A stretch of DNA of 63,998 nucleotides, filler included, from Candidatus Babelota bacterium (GCA_017999075.1; 7 parts of 7 records of this genome joined end to end with filler, not necessarily neighbours in it), one strand, 5' to 3'; counted from the first letter of the whole stretch, positions 10,518 to 21,108 are shown. Numbers and translations are program-made. The notes: a model not told the origin generated them from the sequence alone.

Positions 10518-12320
10518 TTATTTTCTTTTTTTAAAGGATTTTTCAAATTCATCATCAAAATATATTTCACTTTTTTCTGGAGTCAATGATTCTTTTTCGT
10601 TTATGGCGTCAGACAATTCAACTGATTTTTCTTTATCATGCCACCAATACATATATGCAGAACGTTCATCTCCGTATTTTGACAAAACTGTTTTAGGTTT
10701 TCCGAATTTATTCCAGTACAAAAGCCTTGTAGAATTTATATTCCATAACAAAGCGTACGGATGTTCATTGAATATCAATCTGTCTATTTTCCGTATAATA
10801 TCGTTTCTTTTCTGCAGTTCAAAAATTGTTTTGGTGGAATCTATAAGCATATCAACTTCAGCGTTTTTAAAACCTGTAATATTATTTCCCTGTAAGCGGT
10901 CTGCTTCTTTTGAATGCCACATTCCTTCAGCATCTTTAAAAATACCTGAACTCCAGCTCGCCCAGGTCATATCAAAACTAAATTCGTCCATACGTTTTGC
11001 CCATTCCGCAAAATCAACCAGCGAAACTTTCACCTGTATTCCTACATCTTTAAAATCTTCCGACATAATGTTTACAAATTTTTCAGTAGATTTATCTCGT
11101 TCAAGAATTTCAACTATAAATTCTTTGCCGTTTTTTTCAAGATTACCTTTTGAATTAACCGTCCATCCGGCTTCTTTAAATAATTTTCTCGCTTCATTTT
11201 TATTAAACTCTATCAGTTGATTCATACAAATATTTGTTTTATCATACAAATCTTCAAAATATGATTTATGCATAAAATACTGGTTATACATCAATTTTTC
11301 ATTCATCATCTTTCTATTAATTAAATGCGCTATAGCTTTTCTTACACGCTTATCCGAAAATATTTCTTTTCTGGAATTCATTGCAAATCCTTGAAATCCG
11401 ATAGGATTGTAATTATGAACATTTTGTTTTATTATCCAATTCTTATCAAATTTTTCTCCATTCGTTTCATTTACCCAAATTTTCGATATATATACAGGAT
11501 AAATATCTATCTCGCCTTTTTTGAAAATATCAAATGCATCTGTAGTATTACTGAAAATTTTATGATTAATAATATCAAAATTATATGTATTTTTCATGTC
11601 CGGATAATTTCTCTGCCACCAATCTTTTCTGCGTTCCAGAGTTATAACTCTTCCTTCTATTATTTTTTTTAATTTATAAGGTCCTGACACTACCGGAAAT
11701 TCAAAATTGATTTTATTGAAATCTTTATTTTTGAAATTATGTTCAGGCAGTATTATTAACCCTGATAACTCAAGCATATTCTTCCAGTGTTTTTCTCGGG
11801 CAGTAAATTTAATTGTGTAGGTGTCTATAATTTGCGGTGTTTGGAAAATTTCTAATCCCACTTTATGAACGCCTGTAAGATTTTTAGGATCCATAATTGC
11901 ATCGTACGTGAATTTTATATCCGCAGATGTTACCGCTTTTCCATCGCTCCATCTCGCTTTTTTATCTATTTGAAAAATATAACTTAACCCGTCTTCTGTA
12001 ATAGCCCACTTTTCAGCTATTGACGGAGAATATTCTGAAGTTAAAGGATCCATATTCAAAAGAGTATCAAATAACGAAGTAAATATGTTTAATGAAAATG
12101 TATTATTATCAAGGTAATAATTCAATGATTTCGGGGATTGACCTGAATATATATTTATACTGCCGCCTTTAACAGCATCTGTGCTTGCAATTGGATCTTT
12201 TTTCCTGGATGGTTTATTCCATTTATATTCTTCGCATATCACATTATAATTAATAATTGAAATTAATATTGCTGCAAAAAAAATCCGTTTTATAACTTTA
12301 ATAATGTTCATTAATATCAA
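10518..12320 (-). CDS. ABC transporter substrate-binding protein, family 5 (YejA-like)
   Basis: AVKGG, ARWSDGKAVTSADIKFT, SGPYKL, FSDKRVRKAI. Confidence 0.9.
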   Translation of the reverse strand: MILMNIIKVIKRIFFAAILISIINYNVICEEYKWNKPSRKKDPIASTDAVKGGSINIYSGQSPKSLNYYLDNNTFSLNIFTSLFDTLLNMDPLTSEYSPSIAEKWAITEDGLSYIFQIDKKARWSDGKAVTSADIKFTYDAIMDPKNLTGVHKVGLEIFQTPQIIDTYTIKFTAREKHWKNMLELSGLIILPEHNFKNKDFNKINFEFPVVSGPYKLKKIIEGRVITLERRKDWWQRNYPDMKNTYNFDIINHKIFSNTTDAFDIFKKGEIDIYPVYISKIWVNETNGEKFDKNWIIKQNVHNYNPIGFQGFAMNSRKEIFSDKRVRKAIAHLINRKMMNEKLMYNQYFMHKSYFEDLYDKTNICMNQLIEFNKNEARKLFKEAGWTVNSKGNLEKNGKEFIVEILERDKSTEKFVNIMSEDFKDVGIQVKVSLVDFAEWAKRMDEFSFDMTWASWSSGIFKDAEGMWHSKEADRLQGNNITGFKNAEVDMLIDSTKTIFELQKRNDIIRKIDRLIFNEHPYALLWNINSTRLLYWNKFGKPKTVLSKYGDERSAYMYWWHDKEKSVELSDAINEKESLTPEKSEIYFDDEFEKSFKKRK

Positions 12321-12338
12321 TTTTTTACTCCTGACAAT

Positions 12339-13352
12339 TTATATTTTAATTTTTTTTCCGTTTTTCAATAATGATAATTGTATCTTTTCAAGAATTTTAA
12401 TTATTGAAACATTAAAAGTTCTATCCGTATATATTTTGTTACTGTTATAATTATCATTCAAAATACATCTTATGAAATTTTCATATTCAACCTTTAATGG
12501 CTCAACTATTTTAAATCTTATATTTTTTCTTCCCGAATTAAAATATTCAGTAATTCCGGTTTTATCTGAATATTTTATATTTTTATCAAAAACAACAACA
12601 TTATCCTGACCGCTGATATCATCATATTTCAACATTTTATTTTCTCCGGCAACAACAATATTTCTTACTTTTTCAGGATATATTCTGTTTGCTGTAATAT
12701 TTATCATAATATCATTTTTAAAAAACAAAGTACAGAATATTACATCTTCTAATTTACTTTTTATATAACTTTTTCCTGTACACGAAACATATTCAGGATA
12801 ATCATTTAGCAAATATATAAAAATAGACAAATCATGCGGAAGCAGATCCCACAAAGCATTAATATTTGTCCTAAGTATTCCGAAATTATTTCTTTGAGAA
12901 ACAGCATATTTTATCTTACCTACATTCTCAGTTTCCATAATTTTTTTTAATGTAGTTATCCCTTTGCTGAATAAATATGTGTGCCCTATAAACAATATTC
13001 TTTTTACATTTTCTGATATATCAAACAATTCATCAGCATGACTTTTATTTAATACAAAAGGTTTTTCTACTATACAATGCTTTCCTGATAATAATATTTT
13101 TTTTGCTATATTATAATGCGTTTCATCCGGAGTAGCTATACTTACAGCATCAACATCACTATCTGCCAATATTTTTTCAATATTTTCAGACAACATTACA
13201 TCAGGATATATTTGGGAAGATAAGTTTAATTTTTTTTTATCTATATCGCAGATATATTTAAATTTAACTTTTTTTAAACGGCTAAGTATTCGGGCTATAT
13301 TCGGTCCCCAGTACCCGTATCCAATCAGGGCTAATGTGATTTTTTTTTTCAA
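12339..13352 (-). CDS. Gfo/Idh/MocA oxidoreductase
   Basis: IGYGYWG, IATPDETH, VEKP, WDLLPHDLS. Confidence 0.92.
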   Translation of the reverse strand: MKKKITLALIGYGYWGPNIARILSRLKKVKFKYICDIDKKKLNLSSQIYPDVMLSENIEKILADSDVDAVSIATPDETHYNIAKKILLSGKHCIVEKPFVLNKSHADELFDISENVKRILFIGHTYLFSKGITTLKKIMETENVGKIKYAVSQRNNFGILRTNINALWDLLPHDLSIFIYLLNDYPEYVSCTGKSYIKSKLEDVIFCTLFFKNDIMINITANRIYPEKVRNIVVAGENKMLKYDDISGQDNVVVFDKNIKYSDKTGITEYFNSGRKNIRFKIVEPLKVEYENFIRCILNDNYNSNKIYTDRTFNVSIIKILEKIQLSLLKNGKKIKI

Positions 13353-13915
13353 CTTCGTTCACCCGGAAATTTCATAAACGGAGCTGTCATTTCTGAAGTA
13401 ATTTCATTATAAACATATCGCTTCTGCCGCAAAATTTCATAAACTATTATTCCTGTTGACACAGAAACATTCAATGATCTTGAAAGTCCTGTAGTTGGAA
13501 TCCAGATTTTTTCGTCGCACAATGATAATGCGCTTTTGGAAATCCCGGTTCTTTCAGTTCCCATCACTATGGCAGTTTTCCCTTTAAATTCAGATTCCCA
13601 TATAGGTTTAGCATCTTCTGTCATATAAGTAGCGTAAACTTTATATCCGTCTTTTTTCACATTGTCAATAGCTTCTTCTATTGTATCGGTATATTTAATA
13701 TTCAGATATTCGCTGCATTTGAAATCTATGTGATTATGACGGATTTTCTTTTTGCTTATAATTCCGGCTACTATAATATTCTTCAACCCTGAACATTCTG
13801 CTGTTCTGAATATAGCGCTTATATTATGATCATACCAGATGTTTTCCACGATAAGGCAAACATTTGTAACACGTATTGATTCGGCATAATTAATTCGTTC
13901 AATTCTATTTGACAT
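13349..13915 (-). CDS. TrmH/SpoU-family RNA methyltransferase
   Basis: HNISAIFRTAE, MGTERTGIS, SLNVSVSTGI. Confidence 0.9.
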   Translation of the reverse strand: MSNRIERINYAESIRVTNVCLIVENIWYDHNISAIFRTAECSGLKNIIVAGIISKKKIRHNHIDFKCSEYLNIKYTDTIEEAIDNVKKDGYKVYATYMTEDAKPIWESEFKGKTAIVMGTERTGISKSALSLCDEKIWIPTTGLSRSLNVSVSTGIIVYEILRQKRYVYNEITSEMTAPFMKFPGERS

Positions 13916-13918
13916 ATC

Positions 13919-14209
13919 TTATTCTATTATCTTAGGAACTTTATAAAATCCGTTTTCAGACTGAGGCGAATTTGAAGTTATCTGTTCGCGGCTATATGAT
14001 TCAACAATTTTATCTTCGCGAAAAACGTTTTTCATAGGAATTGAATGTGATGTGGGTTCAATTTCCGAAGTATCAATTTCATTTATTTTAGACGCGTATT
14101 CAAGTATTGCATTCAATTGACCGCTGAATTTTTCAGCTTCTGCATCTGAAATTTTTAGTCTGCTAAGGCGCGCCACTTTCTTCACTTCATCCAAAGAAAT
14201 ACTACTCAT
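13919..14209 (-). CDS. gatC: Asp/Glu-tRNA amidotransferase subunit C
   Basis: VKKVARLSRL, IEPTSH, NVFRED, FYKVPKII. Confidence 0.95.
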   Translation of the reverse strand: MSSISLDEVKKVARLSRLKISDAEAEKFSGQLNAILEYASKINEIDTSEIEPTSHSIPMKNVFREDKIVESYSREQITSNSPQSENGFYKVPKIIE

Positions 14210-14261
14210 ATATTATATTATTCCCTAAAAAAATTTAATATAAAACAGTTAAACAGAATAT

Positions 14262-15353
14262 TTAATAAACTTCTTCTTTTTTTAAATACCCGCTCTGAAT
14301 CAAAACTGCATCAACACTATTTTTATCTACTAAAACAGGCTCAAATAAATATGAAAATACATCTTTTTTTCCATTATTTACAAAACAATTAGACATATTT
14401 TAAATTTGTTCTCTGGAACTTATTTTTTTTGCAAGTTCAACAGATTTGGCAGCAAGAATACGGGTATCTTTAAAAACTGTCATTGATTGCTTCCCTGTTA
14501 AGATACGTTTAACTGCCGCAAGTTCAGCATCCTGCCCTGTTACCGGAATTTTTCCGTCAAGTTTTTTTTCGGCCAATGCTTCTATACATGCACCGGCAGT
14601 TAAATCATTCGGTGCAAGAAGCGCATCAATCTTAATCTTATTGGATTTCAAAAAAGTTTTAATTATTTTTTTAGCTTCTTCAGGATTCCAGTCTTCAATA
14701 TCTTTTTCAAGAACAACATTTATCATTTTTTTTTCAATGTTAGGAAGTATATATTTCATTGCTCCTTCTTTATACATCTTACAATTGTTGTCTGTCGGCG
14801 CTCCGCTTAATACAGCATAATTACCTTTCGGAACTTTTTCTGTAAGATATTTTCCTTGTAATTCACCGACTTTCACATTATCGAATGATACATAAAAATC
14901 TATATCCGCATTAAGTATCAAGCGATCATAAGAAATTACCTTTATACCTTTTTGTTGAGCTTTAAATACTATATCTGCCGCCGAATCAGCATTATGAGGA
15001 GTCAATATTAAAACCGAAATCCCTTGTCCAAACATTGTTTCACATTGTTTTTCCTGCTCAGCCTCATCATTGTCCGCAGTATAACTTATTATTTCAATTC
15101 CAGCTTTAGCTGCTTCTGACTCAATAACCTCTTTATCCTTTTTCCAGCGTTCTTCCCGTAATGTGGGAAGTGATAATCCAATCTTTATTATTTTCTGCTC
15201 TTGTTTTACCTGATCTACACTGCCTTTTAATTCAGATGAAACTTCATCACTGCTTTTACTGCATCCTGAAATATATAATATTCCTAACATTAAAAATAAA
15301 GATATTTTAACAATTATAAATATTTTTTTATTCATTATCTCAAAAAATTGCAT
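14262..15353 (-). pseudogene. xylF: XylF-like sugar ABC binding lipoprotein with in-frame TAA at 14400-14402
   Basis: EERWKKD, SYDRLI, SFDNVKVGELQ, TGQDAE; the same frame continues past the stop as NNGKKDVFSYLFEPVLVDKNSVDAVLIQSGYLKKEEVY. Confidence 0.75.
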
Positions 15354-15358
15354 GTTTT

Positions 15359-16147
15359 TTAATTAATCAAAAAAGTAATATTAGCCTTATATGTGCTTTC
15401 ATTTACAGATATCAAAAATTCAGATTGAAGAAAATTGTATGTTTTTTTATCAAAATTACGGTTTTCCAAAATTACAGGCACTGAAATATTAGTTTCTACA
15501 TTATATACTTCTGATAAATGAGTCGCTGTATTTCCAAATATCATATTTGAAAATTCTTTCAATGTTTCCTGAACAATTTTTGAACGCTCCATTTTCATCC
15601 TGTTCAATCCCATTACTTCCATAATCTTCCCAACAAGTTCTTCATCCATTGATAATATCGCGCATCCTTTAAAACTCTTGTAAAATATTAACGCTGACGA
15701 TAAATCTATTTTCACTTCTTCAGGTTCAAGCACAACACAACTATGAAAACGCAAATTAAACTTTTTTAAAAATTTGGTGAAAACTTTTTCTATTGCTAAT
15801 TCCACGCTCCTCAAAAAATAATCTGCAACATGACTCATTTCAGAAGGAATTACCATATTTTTAAGTTCTTCGGATATTTTGATTATTCTGCAATTATATA
15901 CCGCATCATTAGTTTCAAAAATATTTTTTTCAATTATTTCAGCTTCTATTCGTTCAGTCGATATATTTATTAACACAAGTTCAATTTTATCCCCGGCTCT
16001 TATTGTATTATCCTTTGAAGAAAACATAAGTCCGTCAGAGCTCATATTTTCAACTATTCCAAATATAATTTTGCCGTTTAAAAATATGTTGGTTCCTACA
16101 AGTAAATTGTATCTTGATAATTTTCTTCTATCTGTAGTTATATCCAT
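15359..16147 (-). CDS. PilZ domain fused to CheX/CheC-like phosphatase domain
   Basis: DRRKLSR and NMSSDG PilZ motifs; ETLKEFSNMIFGN and ISVP CheX motifs. Confidence 0.75.
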   Translation of the reverse strand: MDITTDRRKLSRYNLLVGTNIFLNGKIIFGIVENMSSDGLMFSSKDNTIRAGDKIELVLINISTERIEAEIIEKNIFETNDAVYNCRIIKISEELKNMVIPSEMSHVADYFLRSVELAIEKVFTKFLKKFNLRFHSCVVLEPEEVKIDLSSALIFYKSFKGCAILSMDEELVGKIMEVMGLNRMKMERSKIVQETLKEFSNMIFGNTATHLSEVYNVETNISVPVILENRNFDKKTYNFLQSEFLISVNESTYKANITFLIN

Positions 16148-16301
16148 AAATATAATTTCCCCGGTTTACTTAAATAAATTTAATTTATTATTATATCATT
16201 TATTTAATTTTTCATGCAGTGATTGATTATTCATTTTTTTACAAAATCTGTAAAAAATTTTATAATTTGATTTGTTTTTCTTGAAATAAATATTTTATAT
16301 G

Positions 16302-16757
16302 TCAAATGTTTATCATAAATTTCGATTCTATATCGGTTATCTTATCGATCCGCTTCTGATGTCTGCCTCCGGCATATGGAGTGTCTATCCATGTTTTCAA
16401 TATAAGCTTTGCTTTTGGAGAAGCTAATACGCTTGCGCCAAGACATAACATATTTGAATTATTATGTTCTTTGCTGCTGATAGCAAGAAAAACTTCATTG
16501 CATGCAGAAGCCCTGATTCCTCGAACTTTGTTCGCTACCATTGATGAAGCTATTCCTGTTCCATCAACCATTATTCCGTATTCATATTCTCCGGTAGCAA
16601 CTGAACGCGCAACTAAAAATGCTATATCCGGATAATCTACAGGATCCATTGAATATGCTCCAAAATCTTTAACTGCATATCCCAATTCAGCTAAATATTT
16701 TTTTAATTCTTCTTTCAATTGAAAACCGCCGTGGTCTGCTCCTATAGCTATCTGCAT
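16302..16757 (-). CDS. rpiB: Ribose-5-phosphate isomerase B family protein
   Basis: IGADHGG, VDYPD, EHNNSNMLCLG, GGRHQKRI. Confidence 0.92.
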   Translation of the reverse strand: MQIAIGADHGGFQLKEELKKYLAELGYAVKDFGAYSMDPVDYPDIAFLVARSVATGEYEYGIMVDGTGIASSMVANKVRGIRASACNEVFLAISSKEHNNSNMLCLGASVLASPKAKLILKTWIDTPYAGGRHQKRIDKITDIESKFMINI

Positions 16758-16773
16758 ATTTACACTTCCGTAA

Positions 16774-17103
16774 TTATTTTTTTTTTATAAGTTTAATTTT
16801 TTTGTGCAAAATCATATCTTTGGCTGAAGGAGTTATTATTGATTTTGAATTTATTTCTATTGTATCAAAATTCTTTTTTATAGCATTCTTTATATCTTCT
16901 TCAACTATAACTTTTTTATTTAACAACTGGTATGGTAATCCGTTAGACTGAGAATGAATTTCTTCAGCTTTTTCTTTAACTTTTAATGAAGATTCGGTTT
17001 TATTCGAAATTTTAACAGGAATAATATTTGCAGTCTTTAATTTTTCAATAACAATTCCGCTTACTATTTTTGTCAATTCTTCCAAAGATATATCATTATG
17101 CAT
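16774..17103 (-). CDS. Small microcompartment-associated protein with putative encapsulation peptide
   Basis: N-terminal amphipathic LEELTKIVSGIVIEKL; C-terminal KVIVEEDI...SIITPSAKD. Confidence 0.6.
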   Translation of the reverse strand: MHNDISLEELTKIVSGIVIEKLKTANIIPVKISNKTESSLKVKEKAEEIHSQSNGLPYQLLNKKVIVEEDIKNAIKKNFDTIEINSKSIITPSAKDMILHKKIKLIKKK

Positions 17104-17142
17104 ATAATTTACACCTTTATTTTTTCATAATAACTTGTTCAA

Positions 17143-18597
17143 TCATATTATTCTTAAATAATCTATCATTGAACATCTGCGCATCCTGGTAAAAGTCCGG
17201 GGACGAGTTAACCCGTCTCCTGTGGGCGAAGCTATTGTAAATGTGGTATATCCTTCGCCTCCAAATCCAAGTCCTGCGCATGATGGACCGTTTTTAACAA
17301 AAATTGATACATTCATAAGTTTACCCATTTGAGTCAAGCGGTCAACATTCATAGAATGCATCATTGCAGTATGAAAATAATTGTGTTCTGCTTTATAAGC
17401 AAGCTCAAGTGCTCTATCAAAATTTTTCACTCTGCTTAACGGCATTACCGGCATCAATTGTTCAATATATATAAGTGGATGATCATTCGGCACATCTGCA
17501 AACAGCAATCTCGTAGTGTCAGGCAAATTCAATCCTAATTCTCTAGCTATAACATTCGCATTTCTCCCAACAAAATTCCTGTTTACTACTGCTTCTTCTC
17601 CTTCTTTTTCAGGCATCTTAGAAATTATTTTCGTCATAAGTTTATCAAGTTGTGACAAACTTAATTCATATCCGTTATTTTTTTTAAGAGATGATTTGAG
17701 CTTTTCTGCAACTGCATCTACTACAAATATTTCTTTTTCCGCAATACATAAAACATTATTGTCAAGCGATGCTCCTGTTATTATGCTTGCCGCTGCTTTG
17801 TCTATATTCGCAGTTTCATCAACTACTACAGGCGGATTCCCGGGACCTGCCGCTACAGTTTTTTTGCTTGATTTCATTGCTTCATCAACTACTGCAGGAC
17901 CTCCTGTCACGCATAATAATTTTATTTTCGGATGAGTAAACAATATTTTACCGCTCTCAAGAGTAGGCTGAAGAACTGTTGTCACGCAATTAGCCGGACC
18001 TCCGCTCGCAATTATAGCATTATTGATTGTCTCAACCGCAAGTAATGAACATTTTCTTGCCGCCGGATGCGGATTAAATACAACCGTATTTCCAGCAGAA
18101 ATCATCATAATTGAATTGTTGAATACTGTTTCTGTCGGATTTGTTGACGGTGAGATTGATCCTATAACTCCATAAGGCGCCCATTCCTGAAGAGTCATTC
18201 CTCTATCGCCTGTAAAAGCTTCTGTTTGAACATCTTCAACTCCAGGTGTTTTCAATATCGCAAGTTTATTTTTTTCAATCTTATCTTCTGCTCTACCCAT
18301 TCCTGTTTCTTCAACCGCAATCTTCGATACTTGAACAGTTACTGATAATGCATATTGACGAATCGCCTGAATGTATTTTTTCCTGCGGTCTAATGTAACT
18401 TTATTTAACTCCAAAAAAGCTTCTTGAGCAGCTTTTATTGCATCATCCATTTTTTCAAATATCCCATTCTTCCCGGAAGGTTTAGGGTCATAATTCGCGT
18501 TTCCTCCCGAAGAAATCAGTATTTCTTTATTAATTGAAATATTTGCAATAACTTGCTGTACTATATCTTTTATTTCATTTTCAGCGATAACCGTCAT
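17143..18597 (-). CDS. CoA-acylating aldehyde dehydrogenase (EutE/PduP family) with N-terminal encapsulation peptide
   Basis: ENEIKDIVQQVIANI then linker; PSTNPT, AGPGNPPVVVDETA, DNNVLCIAEKE, FTIASPTG. Confidence 0.92.
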   Translation of the reverse strand: MTVIAENEIKDIVQQVIANISINKEILISSGGNANYDPKPSGKNGIFEKMDDAIKAAQEAFLELNKVTLDRRKKYIQAIRQYALSVTVQVSKIAVEETGMGRAEDKIEKNKLAILKTPGVEDVQTEAFTGDRGMTLQEWAPYGVIGSISPSTNPTETVFNNSIMMISAGNTVVFNPHPAARKCSLLAVETINNAIIASGGPANCVTTVLQPTLESGKILFTHPKIKLLCVTGGPAVVDEAMKSSKKTVAAGPGNPPVVVDETANIDKAAASIITGASLDNNVLCIAEKEIFVVDAVAEKLKSSLKKNNGYELSLSQLDKLMTKIISKMPEKEGEEAVVNRNFVGRNANVIARELGLNLPDTTRLLFADVPNDHPLIYIEQLMPVMPLSRVKNFDRALELAYKAEHNYFHTAMMHSMNVDRLTQMGKLMNVSIFVKNGPSCAGLGFGGEGYTTFTIASPTGDGLTRPRTFTRMRRCSMIDYLRII

Positions 18598-18650
18598 AAA
18601 TATCACCTTGAAATTGCCGGACCATGATTATTTTTAATTTACATAACATT

Positions 18651-18750
18651 NNNNNNNNNNNNNNNNNNNNNNNNNNNNNNNNNNNNNNNNNNNNTTAATT
18701 AATTAANNNNNNNNNNNNNNNNNNNNNNNNNNNNNNNNNNNNNNNNNNNN
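18651..18750. other. Artificial contig linker
   Basis: N44-TTAATTAATTAA-N44. Confidence 0.99.
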
Positions 18751-18782
18751 AGCCGCGACCATGCGCTTATTATTACCTTTAA

Positions 18783-19190
18783 CCCGCATATTTCATTAAT
18801 ATAGAACAAATATAATGATTCTCGGAAAATTAAAAATAATCAGTATAAAATTAAAAAAAAGTATACAAATCAAAAAAAATATTCGTATTAATACAAAAAA
18901 TGAATTTATAAAAACCGAAAAATTATAGTTTTGCGCAGACTTTTCCCATATCTCAGGATTTAAGAAAATATCAATGATTTGATTAAAGATAAATTATTTT
19001 ATTGTTCAATTTAAATTAACGCAAATTTGTCCGAATAATTCTTAATAAGGAAAATAGCTTGCTATTTTGAATATTATTTTTCTGCTGTTTGAAACTATCA
19101 ATGCCGCAATCTTTATAAATTTAGTTCGTATGGTAGAACATTGAGCTTTTGCGTATTCCGTATTTTTCAGCGCGATACTGCTGATTGAAA
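18783..19190 (-). mobile_element. IS1380-family remnant (transposase C-terminus and probable right end)
   Basis: 19190-19006 translates ALKNTEYAKAQCSTIRTKFIKIAALIVSNSRKIIFKIASYFPY*ELF; ATGAAATATGCGGG end-like motif at 18796-18783. Confidence 0.65.
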
Positions 19191-19417
19191 TGTATACAAT
19201 TTTCCTCCAAAATGCTGTTTTTATAAGGATTTCAGATACTTTTAGTATACAACATTTTGGAGGTATTTGTAAGTATTAAATATCGCTGAAACCTATATTT
19301 TTATAAGTGTTTCAGCATTTTGCATTTGTCATAATGCTTAAAAATACGGAGGTAATATTATTCATATATGATTTAAAATTATTATTATTTTTAAATCAAC
19401 ATAAGGCACTTTTTAAA

Positions 19418-20641
19418 TTAATGACATTCGCCACCGTGCTCTTTACATTCCGAAAGCCCGCCAAGTTCGTTTTTAAAAAAATTATCAAGCGCAGATTTTG
19501 CTGTGCCTTCAGCTCCAAAAACCTTTACTCCTGCATTTGCAAATTTCATCTGCGCACCACCGCCCATACCGCCTGCTATGACATAATTAATTCCGTATTT
19601 TAAAATTTCATCAACTGCTACACAACCGCCGCCGCCGTGAACCGTATTGTTCTTATAAACATTAAAACTTTTAACTTTCTGATTTTCAATTTCAGCTATC
19701 AGAAAATTTTCGCACTGGCCGAAATGCGCGCTAATCATACTGTCCATTCCTTTGTTTTCTAAAATAACCATACCTATTTTCATTTGTTTTTCATCTCCTC
19801 TAAAATTATTTTTATTTAAAATTTTACTCGCTATTATAGAAAAAATATCTCTGTAAATTGATGATTTTTCTGTAAACAATTCCATTATTTTGCCGCAATC
19901 CATTTTTTCTGCAACTGCTGGAATAATCGGCAATTTGCCTAAAGGCTCAATATTAAATTTTGCATAAAGCGAGTCAGCGCCTGCGCCTTTGAGTATATCA
20001 ATTTTTTCAAGGCAGTGAGGACACTGAATGAATCCAAAATTTTCGATTACTCCAAGAACAGGCATATTAAGTTTATTACAGAATTCAATGGATTTTCTGA
20101 CATCTGATAAAGCTATTTCCTGAGGCGTTGTTACAATTACGCCTTTAGCTCCTGTAATATCCTGTGCAACTGTCAAAGGTTCGTCGCCTGTTCCCGGAGG
20201 CGAATCAATAATTAGAAAATCAAGATTTCCCCATAATGTATCCGAAACGAACTGACGAATAATTCCGATTTTCAGCGGCCCGCGCCAAATTAATGGAGAA
20301 TCAGTATCTTGAAGAAAAAATTCTACGGACATTAATTTCAGATTATCATTTATTTGTATCGGAATAAATAAACCGTTATCAGATTTTAAACTTTGATTTT
20401 TAACACCAAACATAGTTGGTATACTCGGTCCGTGCAAATCGACATCAAGCAAACCTGTTTTATAGCCGAGCAGCGATAATTTAGCGGCAAGCGAAGCAGC
20501 AACAGTACTTTTTCCAACACCTCCTTTGCCGCTTAATACGACAATTTTATTTTTGATTTGCTGCAGATGTTCTGTCAGGCGAATCGCCTGAAGTTCCATC
20601 TCCAAATCTTGTTCTTGATTGTGGTTTTCTCCGCAACCCAT
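19418..20641 (-). CDS. Mrp/NBP35 Fe-S carrier ATPase fused in frame to a NifB/NifX-like domain
   Basis: SGKGGVGKS, DVDLHGPS, WRGP, DSPPGTGD, CPHC; C-terminal ISAHFGQC and IAGGMG. Confidence 0.9.
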   Translation of the reverse strand: MGCGENHNQEQDLEMELQAIRLTEHLQQIKNKIVVLSGKGGVGKSTVAASLAAKLSLLGYKTGLLDVDLHGPSIPTMFGVKNQSLKSDNGLFIPIQINDNLKLMSVEFFLQDTDSPLIWRGPLKIGIIRQFVSDTLWGNLDFLIIDSPPGTGDEPLTVAQDITGAKGVIVTTPQEIALSDVRKSIEFCNKLNMPVLGVIENFGFIQCPHCLEKIDILKGAGADSLYAKFNIEPLGKLPIIPAVAEKMDCGKIMELFTEKSSIYRDIFSIIASKILNKNNFRGDEKQMKIGMVILENKGMDSMISAHFGQCENFLIAEIENQKVKSFNVYKNNTVHGGGGCVAVDEILKYGINYVIAGGMGGGAQMKFANAGVKVFGAEGTAKSALDNFFKNELGGLSECKEHGGECH

Positions 20642-20673
20642 TTAAATCAACTCCTTTATATTTTATAATAAAA

Positions 20674-21036
20674 TTATTTCCCTTGATGTCCAGGCAAATC
20701 AGCATTTAATAACTCTTGTAATTTTCCTGCTTTATAATCAGAAATCACCTGTTTTACTGTGCCTGACGCATTGCCGAATGTTTTTATTCCTGCTGCATGC
20801 AAAGTTTTGATAGCATTAGGTCCTAAATGTCCAGTAATTACAACCTCGGCATTTTTGTCTGCCGCAAATTGTGCTGTATGAATACCTGCTCCGCCTTGAG
20901 CTATAATATTTGCATTTTTTTCTACTTCGAATTTTTCTGTGTCTGTATCAAAAAAAATCAAGAACTGACACCGCCCGAAACGCGGGTCAACCTGAGAATC
21001 AAGATTCCCGCCTAATGATGAAATTGCAATTTTCAT
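20674..21036 (-). CDS. NifB/NifX-family protein
   Basis: VDPRFGRC, GGAGI, VITGHLGPNA. Confidence 0.92.
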   Translation of the reverse strand: MKIAISSLGGNLDSQVDPRFGRCQFLIFFDTDTEKFEVEKNANIIAQGGAGIHTAQFAADKNAEVVITGHLGPNAIKTLHAAGIKTFGNASGTVKQVISDYKAGKLQELLNADLPGHQGK

Positions 21037-21108
21037 TTAAATAACCTCCTTATGCGTATATTTTCTCATATTTGGCATGCTTCATGAAATGTCAGGTTTA
21101 AATTTTCC

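Noticed and set aside
19418-21036. Nitrogen fixation genes
   Set aside because: NifB/NifX-like domains are common in non-diazotrophs, and no nifHDK is present.
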